Below, piece by piece: positions 50,526 to 58,468 of a stretch of DNA of 64,000 bases. This DNA is from Candidatus Omnitrophota bacterium (GTDB lineage: Bacteria; Omnitrophota; Gorgyraeia; Gygaellales; Profunditerraquicolaceae): positions 8,402 through 72,401 of the forward strand of contig JAQURC010000002.1 in NCBI GenBank assembly GCA_028715785.1. Direction: 5' to 3'. The position numbers and the translations under genes were made by a program. The notes beneath the pieces are model-generated. The model worked only from the letters and a program-made list of their open reading frames with translations. It was not told the origin of the DNA and ran no database searches. Positions within the stretch are counted from its first letter, which is position 1. Each line of letters begins with the position of its first letter.

Positions 50526-51182
50526 ATGAATACTTGTGTAATTATTCCCACTTTTAATGAATCCAAGGCGATCGCCGGGCTAATTGGGCAAATACGCCAA
50601 CTAGGGTTGGAAGCTATCATCATCGATGATGGCTCAACTGATGATACGGTAAAAATCGCCCAAGCCTGCGGGGCCAAAGTCTTACGCAATGAGTCCAACC
50701 TCGGCAAAGGGGCTTCTTTAATCAAAGGGTATAATTATGCCATTGCTCAAGGGTTTGAGGCGGTGATCAGCATGGATGGGGATGGGCAGCATTCCTGCGA
50801 TGATATCGAAGCCTTTATCCGGAAAGCGAAAAACTCCCAAAGCGCAATTATCGTCGGTAACCGCATGGAGATGACTAAAAATATGCCTGTCGTGCGCATG
50901 TTGACTAACCGTCTTGTTTCAAAATTAATTTCAATTATTATTAAACAGAATGTCCCCGATACCCAATGCGGTTTCCGCCTGCTGAAAAAAGAGGCGCTGG
51001 CCCGATTGAATTTATCGGCATCTAAATACGAGATAGACTCTGAAGTTTTGATCAAGGCGGCGCGTTTAGGCTTTAAGATCGAATCCATTCCGATCCAGAC
51101 TATCTATTCCGGGCAAAAAAGCCAGATCAATCCTTTTATCGATACTTTAAGGTTCCTGCGTTTCATAATCCGAAATTTATGA
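50526..51182 (+). CDS. family 2 glycosyltransferase (polyprenyl-phosphate sugar transferase, DPM1-like)
   Basis: IIPTFNE, DDGSTD, DGDGQH motifs. Confidence 0.75.
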   Translation: MNTCVIIPTFNESKAIAGLIGQIRQLGLEAIIIDDGSTDDTVKIAQACGAKVLRNESNLGKGASLIKGYNYAIAQGFEAVISMDGDGQHSCDDIEAFIRKAKNSQSAIIVGNRMEMTKNMPVVRMLTNRLVSKLISIIIKQNVPDTQCGFRLLKKEALARLNLSASKYEIDSEVLIKAARLGFKIESIPIQTIYSGQKSQINPFIDTLRFLRFIIRNL

Positions 51183-51192
51183 GGGTTTCCAG

Positions 51193-51696
51193 ATGATCCA
51201 GGTTTACACGGGTAATGGCAAAGGTAAAACTACCGCGGCAATGGGGCTGGCTTTACGGGCTGCCGGAGCGGGTTTTAACGTTTATATCTGCCAGTTTGCC
51301 AAAGGGCATCTTTGCAGCGAGCATAAAGCGCTGAAAAAATTAAAGAATATAAAGGTCGAACAGTTTGGCAGGGATTGTTTTGTCAGGCGTAAGCCTGTGC
51401 AGGCTGATATCATATTAGCCCATCAGGGCCTGGAGAAGGCAAAAAAAATTATTGCTTGTAAAAAATATCGTTTAGTTATTCTGGATGAAATTAACATTGC
51501 TTTGAAGTTAAGGCTGGTATCCATTAAAGAGGTGCTGGATTTAATTAAGCATACACCGAAGAATATGGAATTAGTGCTTACTGGCCGGGATGCGCCCGCG
51601 CGGATTACTAAGGTTGCGGACCTAGTTAGCGATATAAAAGACCTTAAACATTATTATCTTAAAGGAATAAAAGCCCGCCGGGGAATTGAGCTCTGA
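51193..51696 (+). CDS. cobO: cob(I)yrinic acid a,c-diamide / corrinoid adenosyltransferase (CobA/CobO/BtuR family)
   Basis: MIQVYTGNGKGKTTAAMGLALRAAGAGF P-loop signature. Confidence 0.8.
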   Translation: MIQVYTGNGKGKTTAAMGLALRAAGAGFNVYICQFAKGHLCSEHKALKKLKNIKVEQFGRDCFVRRKPVQADIILAHQGLEKAKKIIACKKYRLVILDEINIALKLRLVSIKEVLDLIKHTPKNMELVLTGRDAPARITKVADLVSDIKDLKHYYLKGIKARRGIEL

Positions 51697-51826
51697 CACC
51701 TGAAACTGTTTCCAAGCTAATCGGGAAACAGGGTGTCCCTTTTGGGCGCGTCCCCATTATGAAGCATTATTATAAACGCGGGTTTAGGGCAAGAAAAGGC
51801 ATTGAATTATAATTTTAGGAAAATTA

Positions 51827-51854
51827 TTGACAAATTATTGTTGGGTGTTAAAGT
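51827..51854 (+). promoter_or_regulatory. candidate sigma70 promoter (TTGACA-16-TAAAGT) driving riboswitch 1
   Basis: Hexamer match upstream of riboswitch. Confidence 0.35.
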
Positions 51855-51867
51855 AATTAGACAATTT

Positions 51868-52100
51868 GGTAAACTTATAGGTTAAGGGAAATCCGTAAAT
51901 ACGGATGCGGTCCCGCCGCTGTAAGGGCAGACGAAAACTGCATAAGTCACTGTCTTTAGTGTTAAAGACGGGAAGACGCAGTAAGTAGGTTAGAAGCCCA
52001 AGCCAGAAGACCTGCCTATATAAAGAATGGTAATGCCTCGTGGAATGGGTTAAGAAATATTTGGGTGCAACCCGTCAGCAACTGTGGCGGGTTTTTTGTT
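51868..52100 (+). promoter_or_regulatory. cobalamin (B12) riboswitch with intrinsic-terminator expression platform
   Basis: AAGGGAA, CCCGCCGCTGTAAG, GTCACTG (B12 box), GGGAAG, GACCTGCC conserved blocks; terminator ACCCGTCA-GCAACTG-TGGCGGGT + TTTTTTGTTT at 52069-52100. Confidence 0.6.
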
Positions 52101-52110
52101 TAATATCTAT

Positions 52111-52941
52111 ATGAAAAAAATAATACTGATAAGTTTTTTTGTTTGCTGGCTGGCAAATACAGCCTTTGCCGCGCCCCGTTACATTTCTCTTGCGCCTTCA
52201 ACCACCGAGATCCTTTTTGCCCTGGGTTTAGACACGGAGATCGTAGGTGTAAGCACCTATTGTAATTATCCCGAGCAGGTAAAAAATAAAACCAAGGTTG
52301 GGGATTTCAGCAGCCCCAGCATCGAGAAAATAATTTCATTAAAGCCCGATTATATTTTTTGCACCGGGCTTGAGCAGGCTCCGGTTATCGCCCAGTTAAG
52401 AGGATTGGGTTTTAAAGTTTATGTGGCGGATCCGGCAAGTTTTGAAGAGCTATTTAAATCAATCAAGGAAATCGGAGAGATAACTAAAAAAACAGTTCAA
52501 GCTTCGGTCTTGATTGGAGAAATGCAAGCCCAGATCGCTGAGGTAACTTCCGCGGTAAAGCTTGTTCCCCGGGAAAAGAGAGTCAGGGTTTTTATTGAAA
52601 TCTGGCATGAGCCGTTGATGACTGCCGGAGGCGGCTCTTTTGTGGATGAATTGATTGCTTTAGCCGGCGGTATTAATATCGCCCACGATACGCTCAGGCC
52701 TTATTCTAATTATAGCGCGGAGAGAGTGGTTAGTTCTAATCCCCAGTGTATTATTATGGTTTATATGGACAAAGAGGCGCCGCTAAAGTTAATTGGACAG
52801 CGTTTTGGCTGGGATAAAATAGACGCGGTGAGAAACCAGCGCGTATTTAACGATATCAGCCCGGATATCTTGCTTCGGCCGGGGCCGCGATTAACTCTGG
52901 GTTTAAAGCAGCTTTACGGAAAACTATACTCTAAACAATGA
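52111..52941 (+). CDS. btuF: periplasmic cobalamin/siderophore-type substrate-binding protein (BtuF-like)
   Basis: Signal peptide MKKIILISFFVCWLANTAFA; class III binding-protein family; start corrected from 52084 (inside terminator). Confidence 0.75.
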   Translation: MKKIILISFFVCWLANTAFAAPRYISLAPSTTEILFALGLDTEIVGVSTYCNYPEQVKNKTKVGDFSSPSIEKIISLKPDYIFCTGLEQAPVIAQLRGLGFKVYVADPASFEELFKSIKEIGEITKKTVQASVLIGEMQAQIAEVTSAVKLVPREKRVRVFIEIWHEPLMTAGGGSFVDELIALAGGINIAHDTLRPYSNYSAERVVSSNPQCIIMVYMDKEAPLKLIGQRFGWDKIDAVRNQRVFNDISPDILLRPGPRLTLGLKQLYGKLYSKQ

Positions 52942-53897
52942 TTACGTATCTAAAGAAAAGTTTTTTAATATTATTTTCCTTGCTTTGTATAGCCGTAGTT
53001 TTTGCCTTGATCAAAGGCGCGGTAAATATCCCGCTGGCTGACCTTTTGTTCAGGGATAACCGGCCTATTTTAAACTTGAGGCTATTGCGCGTAATCGCGG
53101 CCCTTCTGGTCGGAAGCGGCCTGGCAGTTTCGGGCATAGCCCTGCAGGCAATTTTAAGAAATCCGTTGGCTGAGCCGTATCTTTTAGGGACTTCCAGCGG
53201 AGCCGGCCTGGCGGCGATAATCGCGGTGATTATGGGCGTCTCAAGGATATATATGCCTTTGGCAGCTTTTTTAGGGGCGGCTCTAAGTATTATTATAGTT
53301 TATAGTTTATCCCGCGAAAGAGGGGTGATTGCCGATAAGTCGCTGATCCTCTCCGGAGTAATTGTTTCGGTTGCTTTTTCTGCGATAATCGTATTTCTGG
53401 TGTCCTTGTTTGGTAATGAGGCAATGCATGAGATGAACTGGTGGTTATGGGGCAGCCTGCAGGTCTATGATCATAAGCTGCTTATCCTGGTTGCTGTTCC
53501 TGTTTTGTTAGGTATAGGCATAATTTATTTTTTTGCCCAGGATCTGAATGCGATCAGTATGGGGGAAGAAGAGGCAGTTCATTTAGGTATCGATACTCAG
53601 AATATAAAGAGGATTCTGATTTTTATCACCGCTTTGATTACCGCCAGCCTTATTTGTATCTGCGGAATAATCGGATTTGTCGGTTTGATCGTGCCGCACA
53701 TGATGCGGCTTTTGGTTGGCCCTAATCATAGAATACTTATTCCTACCACTTGTTTGGCTGCTTGCGTATTTATGGTGGTCTGCGATCTTATAGCGCGCAC
53801 GTTATTTACGCCGCTTGAAATACCGATAGGAGTGATTACGGCGATAATCGGAGCCCCTGTATTTATCATTCTTTTGAAAAAAGGCAGAAGGATCTAA
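52938..53897 (+). CDS. btuC: FecCD-family ABC permease (BtuC-like)
   Basis: 319 aa polytopic membrane protein, FecCD motifs. Confidence 0.8.
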   Translation: MITYLKKSFLILFSLLCIAVVFALIKGAVNIPLADLLFRDNRPILNLRLLRVIAALLVGSGLAVSGIALQAILRNPLAEPYLLGTSSGAGLAAIIAVIMGVSRIYMPLAAFLGAALSIIIVYSLSRERGVIADKSLILSGVIVSVAFSAIIVFLVSLFGNEAMHEMNWWLWGSLQVYDHKLLILVAVPVLLGIGIIYFFAQDLNAISMGEEEAVHLGIDTQNIKRILIFITALITASLICICGIIGFVGLIVPHMMRLLVGPNHRILIPTTCLAACVFMVVCDLIARTLFTPLEIPIGVITAIIGAPVFIILLKKGRRI

Positions 53898-54689
53898 ATG
53901 GGCGCATTGTTAAGAATAAATAACCTCTATGGCGGATATCATAAAAAAGATATTATTAAAGGATTGTCCCTGGATATAAATGAGGGTGATTTTTTGGTGA
54001 TTATCGGGCCTAACGGTTCCGGAAAAACCACTCTTCTTCGCCTGGCAAGCCGGGTGCTCAAATTAAAAAGCGGAGGAGTTTTTTACCAAGATGAGGATAT
54101 TTTCCGGATAGATCTGAAGGAATTTTGCAGGCAGGTGGCTTTTGTCTCCGGCGATACCGCGACGGGTTTTCCGCTTACGGCCATGGAGTTGGTTTTGATG
54201 GGAAGGATCCCGCATTTAAAGAGGCTGCAGTTTGAGACAAAAAAAGATATCCAAATTGCTCAAGAGATGCTTGTTTTAGCCGATGCCTGGGAGTTGCAGG
54301 ATAAGCGTATCGATGAATTAAGCGCCGGAGAGCTCCAGAGAGTCGTTCTTGCCCGGGCCCTGGCGCAGGAGCCGCGGCTTTTATTTCTGGATGAACCGAC
54401 CGCGCATTTAGATATCGGGCATCAAATACAGATCCTGGATTTATTAAAAAAACTTAACCGCAAAAATAACCTTACGATCGTGATGATCCTGCATGACCTG
54501 AATTTAGCCAGCGTTTATTCTAACCGGATCGCTCTCCTTGATAAAGGGGTTATTTTTAAAGAAGGCAGCCCCGAGGAAGTGCTGACATACCAAAATATCG
54601 AGGCGGTTTATAAAACCGTAGTTTTGGTGAATAATAATTCTTTGACCGGCAAGCCCAATGTAGTTTTAGTTCCGGGAGAAAACCGATGA
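53898..54689 (+). CDS. btuD: ABC transporter ATP-binding protein (BtuD-like)
   Basis: GPNGSGKTT Walker A, LSAGELQRV signature, LFLDEPT Walker B. Confidence 0.85.
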   Translation: MGALLRINNLYGGYHKKDIIKGLSLDINEGDFLVIIGPNGSGKTTLLRLASRVLKLKSGGVFYQDEDIFRIDLKEFCRQVAFVSGDTATGFPLTAMELVLMGRIPHLKRLQFETKKDIQIAQEMLVLADAWELQDKRIDELSAGELQRVVLARALAQEPRLLFLDEPTAHLDIGHQIQILDLLKKLNRKNNLTIVMILHDLNLASVYSNRIALLDKGVIFKEGSPEEVLTYQNIEAVYKTVVLVNNNSLTGKPNVVLVPGENR

Positions 54690-55288
54690 CCACCAGGCTT
54701 GTTTTAATCCGTCACGGAATAACTGAATGGAATAAAGACCGGCGTTATTGCGGATGTAAGGATGTGAGTTTAAGCAGGCAGGGCAGGCTTCAGGCGGCTA
54801 AATTACGCAAGCGGTTTAATAAGAGCGCCGCCGATTTTGACAAGATTTATTGCAGTGATCGAAAGCGCGCGTTGCAAACCCGGGCCATAATTTTTGGCAG
54901 GAGTGAATTTATCAGGCTAAATGGCTTAAGAGAAATTAATTTCGGGGTGTTCGAGGGGCTAAAGCACGAAGAAATTATGGAAAAATTTCCCGCTGTTTAT
55001 AGGAGGTGGCTGGCTGATCCCTATAAAGCGCGGATTCCGCAAGCCGAGCATATGCGGGTTTTTAAAAAACGGGTCCAGAATGCCATTAAAAAGATACTCC
55101 AAGCTAACTCCGGAAAAACTATTGCCGTGGTTTGTCACGGCGGAGTAATCGGTATACTGGTAAGCGGTATATTAAAGAGCAGGGATTTTTGGAAATACGT
55201 GCCTTCCGCGGCAAGCCTGACCATCGTAGAACATAAAGACAATAAATTCAGGATAAAGAAATTTAACGATAAGCGGCACCTTGGGTAA
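54686..55288 (+). CDS. cobC: alpha-ribazole phosphatase (histidine phosphatase family)
   Basis: RHGITEWN catalytic motif; cob context. Confidence 0.75.
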   Translation: MTTRLVLIRHGITEWNKDRRYCGCKDVSLSRQGRLQAAKLRKRFNKSAADFDKIYCSDRKRALQTRAIIFGRSEFIRLNGLREINFGVFEGLKHEEIMEKFPAVYRRWLADPYKARIPQAEHMRVFKKRVQNAIKKILQANSGKTIAVVCHGGVIGILVSGILKSRDFWKYVPSAASLTIVEHKDNKFRIKKFNDKRHLG

Positions 55289-55810
55289 ATGATGAATAAG
55301 GTAACTTTAATTTTAGGCGGGGCCAGAAGCGGAAAAAGCACTTATGCCTTGAAGCTGGCGGATAAATATAAAGAGGTGGCTTTTGTGGCAACCTGCCAGG
55401 CTTTGGATAAAGAGATGGAGGACAGGATTGAGCTGCATAAGAGGGCAAGGCCCAAGCATTGGCAGAGTTTTGAGGAGCCTAAAGATGTGGATTTACTGCT
55501 TAAGAAAATACCTGATATTTTTAATTGTATTGTTATCGATTGCTTGACGCTTTTGGTCTCAAATCTTCTTTTATCGGGTAGTAATCAAAAGGAAGTCGAG
55601 GATAAGGTTAAAAAAATACTTTCGGTTTTAAAAAATAAAAAAGCGCACGTAATAATCGTATCCAATGAGGTAGGCTTAGGCATAGTCCCAGAGCATAAAT
55701 TGGCAAGGGAATTCCGGGATATCGCCGGCAGGGTAAATCAACTCGTAGCCCGGCAGGCCGATGAAGTATGGTTTCTAGCCGCGGGCATACCTTTAAAAAT
55801 TAAAAACTAA
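55289..55810 (+). CDS. cobU: adenosylcobinamide kinase / adenosylcobinamide-phosphate guanylyltransferase
   Basis: LILGGARSGKS P-loop; about 170 aa CobU family. Confidence 0.85.
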   Translation: MMNKVTLILGGARSGKSTYALKLADKYKEVAFVATCQALDKEMEDRIELHKRARPKHWQSFEEPKDVDLLLKKIPDIFNCIVIDCLTLLVSNLLLSGSNQKEVEDKVKKILSVLKNKKAHVIIVSNEVGLGIVPEHKLAREFRDIAGRVNQLVARQADEVWFLAAGIPLKIKN

Positions 55811-55833
55811 AGAGAAAGGTAAAGGATAGAGGA

Positions 55834-56892
55834 ATGGAGAAACTTAGTTTGACGGTTAAAAAGATCACTGGGCCTAATCATAAACTTATGGAAGCTACCC
55901 AGATTAGGCTTGATAGCTTGACTAAACCTCTGGGAAGTTTAGGCAAATTGGAAGAATTGGCAAAACAGATCGTCGGGATTACGGGTAAGAATGAACCGGA
56001 ATTAAGTCAGAAAGTTATTTTTACCTTGGCCGCGGATCACGGCGTAACCGAAGAAGGAGTGAGCGCCTACCCGAAAGAAGTCACCGCGCAAATGGTCTAT
56101 AACTTTTTAAGGGGTGGAGCGGGAATAAATGTTTTAGCAAAACATACGGGAGCAAAAGTTGTCGTTGTGGATATAGGCGTCGCGGAAGATTTAAAACCCG
56201 ATCCCAGGCTGATTGTCAAAAAGGTTAATTATGGAACCAAGAATATGGCAAAGAGTGCGGCAATGACCAGAGAGGAAGCCATAAAAGCGATTGAAGCAGG
56301 CATCGAAATATTTAACGCGGAACTAAAAAACGGAATTGGTATTTTGGGCACGGGGGAAATGGGAATTGGAAACACTACCGCTGCCAGCGCGATTACCGCT
56401 TGTTTTACCAATAAGCCAGTTGAAGAAATAACCGGTAGGGGCGCAGGACTGAATGATTTGGGGTTAAAAAATAAAATTGATATTATTAAAAGATCACTAT
56501 TCTTAAATAAGCCGGATTCTTCTGACCCTATAGATGTTTTGTCTAAAGTGGGTGGATTTGAGATTGGAGGATTGGCCGGGATAATTTTAGCCGCCGCCGC
56601 CAATAATGTCCCGGTGATTATCGACGGGTTTATATCCGGCGCCGCGGCTTTAGTGGCTTTTAAGATTGAGCCGAAAGTAAAAGATTATATGATTGCCGCG
56701 CATTGTTCGGTAGAGGCAGGCCATCAGGTTATCCTGGAACATATTGGTTTAAAACCGCTTTTAGATTTAAATTTAAGGCTGGGGGAAGGCACGGGCGCGG
56801 CTCTGGGTATAGGATTAGCTGATGCGGCAATCAAGATCCTTACGCAGATGGCTACCTTTAAGAGTGCTAACGTATCGGAGAAGAAAGAATGA
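55834..56892 (+). CDS. cobT: nicotinate-nucleotide--dimethylbenzimidazole phosphoribosyltransferase
   Basis: GEMGIGNTTAASA signature. Confidence 0.9.
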   Translation: MEKLSLTVKKITGPNHKLMEATQIRLDSLTKPLGSLGKLEELAKQIVGITGKNEPELSQKVIFTLAADHGVTEEGVSAYPKEVTAQMVYNFLRGGAGINVLAKHTGAKVVVVDIGVAEDLKPDPRLIVKKVNYGTKNMAKSAAMTREEAIKAIEAGIEIFNAELKNGIGILGTGEMGIGNTTAASAITACFTNKPVEEITGRGAGLNDLGLKNKIDIIKRSLFLNKPDSSDPIDVLSKVGGFEIGGLAGIILAAAANNVPVIIDGFISGAAALVAFKIEPKVKDYMIAAHCSVEAGHQVILEHIGLKPLLDLNLRLGEGTGAALGIGLADAAIKILTQMATFKSANVSEKKE

Positions 56893-57638
56893 GCAGTTTT
56901 TTACTGGCAATACAATTTTTAACTATCCTGCCTTTGGGGGAAAAAAAGTTTAGCCCGGAAAAGCTGGCTTGGGCTTTAATCTATTTTCCCATAGTCGGTT
57001 TATTTTTAGGGGCAATACTTGCCGGGCTAAACATCTGTTTATCTTCTTTGGGTATTTCCGCTTTAGCCGTAAACATAATCTTGGTTATCGCTTTGGTTAT
57101 TCTTACCCGAGGAATACATTTAGACGGGCTGGCGGATACGACGGATGCTTTTTTAAGCGGCAAAGGGAAAGAAGAGACGCTTGAGATTATGCGCGATCCG
57201 CATATCGGGGTGATGGGTGCATTAAGCTTAATCAGCATCCTGATTTTAAAAATTGGCTTACTTTCATCGGTTAGCGCCGCGGTAAAACCCGCGGCTTTAA
57301 TGCTGATGTGTATCTCAGGCAGGTGGTCTGCTGTCCTAAGCATCTATTTATTTCCTTATGCCCGCCAGGAAGGAAAAGCAAAAGTATTTATCGAAGGGAT
57401 GAGCCTGAAGATCTTTATTATTTCGGCAATAATAGTTATTATTTGCGCGGCTATAGTTTTAAACATAGCGGGATTGGTTGTTTTATTGATTGTTTCCGGG
57501 TGCGCTTATATCATCGGCAGGTTTATTTGTAGTAAGATCGAAGGAGTAACCGGAGATACTTTGGGAGCGGTAATTGAGTTGACCGAAGTAATTACTTTAT
57601 TAATTATTTGTATTGGGCAAGGAGTAGTCAATGGATAA
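56889..57638 (+). CDS. cobS: adenosylcobinamide-GDP ribazoletransferase (cobalamin synthase)
   Basis: 249 aa polytopic membrane protein, CobS family, after cobT. Confidence 0.85.
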   Translation: MSSFLLAIQFLTILPLGEKKFSPEKLAWALIYFPIVGLFLGAILAGLNICLSSLGISALAVNIILVIALVILTRGIHLDGLADTTDAFLSGKGKEETLEIMRDPHIGVMGALSLISILILKIGLLSSVSAAVKPAALMLMCISGRWSAVLSIYLFPYARQEGKAKVFIEGMSLKIFIISAIIVIICAAIVLNIAGLVVLLIVSGCAYIIGRFICSKIEGVTGDTLGAVIELTEVITLLIICIGQGVVNG

Positions 57639-58305
57639 GCGCAAGGCGATAGCTTCTTGGAGCGGAGGTAAAGACAGCTGCCTGGCATGTTATCGGGCAA
57701 TGCAGCAGGGTTATGATGTAAAACTGCTTTTAAATTTTATCTCCCGGGAATCAAAACGCGGATGTTTCCACGGAATCGAAGGCAGGTTATTGAAGTTTCA
57801 GGCGGATTTAGTCGGCATTCCTCTTGAACAAAAAGAAGTCAGCCCGGATATGCATAAATATGAAGAGGAGTTTAAGTGCGCGGTTACTGAGCTCAGAGGC
57901 AAGGATATTGGCTCAATGGTTTTTGGCGATATCTACCTATTGGAGCATGAAAGCTGGATTGAGCGGGTCTGCGGCGATTTAAAAATCAATGCCTTGGAGC
58001 CGCTTTGGAATAATTCTCCGGAAAACATCATCGATGAGTTTTTAAGCGCGGGATTTAAGGCGATCATTGTCAGTTGTAAAGCGGATGTAATGGGTAAAGA
58101 GTTTCTTGGTTGTTATATTGATAAAGGGTTGATTGAAGAACTGAAGAAAAAAAATATCTGTCCCTGCGGGGAGAAAGGAGAATTCCATACTTTAGTGGTT
58201 GATGGGCCGATATTCAGGAAGCCGATTAAGATACTCGAGGCTGAACCTGTAATTAAGGAAAGTTTTTGGAAGCACTGGTTTTTAGATATTAAAAAATTCG
58301 AATAA
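57631..58305 (+). CDS. PP-loop ATP pyrophosphatase of the diphthine-ammonia ligase / MJ0570 (DUF71) family
   Basis: SGGKDS PP-loop; 224 aa; overlaps cobS stop by 8 nt (operonic). Confidence 0.7.
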   Translation: MDKRKAIASWSGGKDSCLACYRAMQQGYDVKLLLNFISRESKRGCFHGIEGRLLKFQADLVGIPLEQKEVSPDMHKYEEEFKCAVTELRGKDIGSMVFGDIYLLEHESWIERVCGDLKINALEPLWNNSPENIIDEFLSAGFKAIIVSCKADVMGKEFLGCYIDKGLIEELKKKNICPCGEKGEFHTLVVDGPIFRKPIKILEAEPVIKESFWKHWFLDIKKFE

Positions 58306-58321
58306 TTTATAGAGAAGAACA

Positions 58322-58452
58322 AACCAGATAGGCGGAGGAAATCCTGGTGTAATCCCAGGTACTGTCGCGCAACGGTAATCCCGCAAGGGTAGTCCGGTCG
58401 ACCACCTATCGCAAGGCCTGCCTGCCGGCAGGCAGGTAAGTACTCTCGCAGA
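58322..58452 (+). promoter_or_regulatory. cobalamin (B12) riboswitch upstream of btuB
   Basis: GGAAATCCTGGTGTAATCCCAGGTACTGTCGCGC (GGTG-AATCC / ACTGT core), GCAAGGCCTGCC; 10-bp palindrome CCTGCCTGCC/GGCAGGCAGG. Confidence 0.6.
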
Positions 58453-58468
58453 AGAGAAAGGGATTAAA

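Noticed and set aside
52084-52110. btuF start at 52084
   Set aside because: The start falls inside the riboswitch terminator stem and U tract; the signal peptide begins at ATG 52111.
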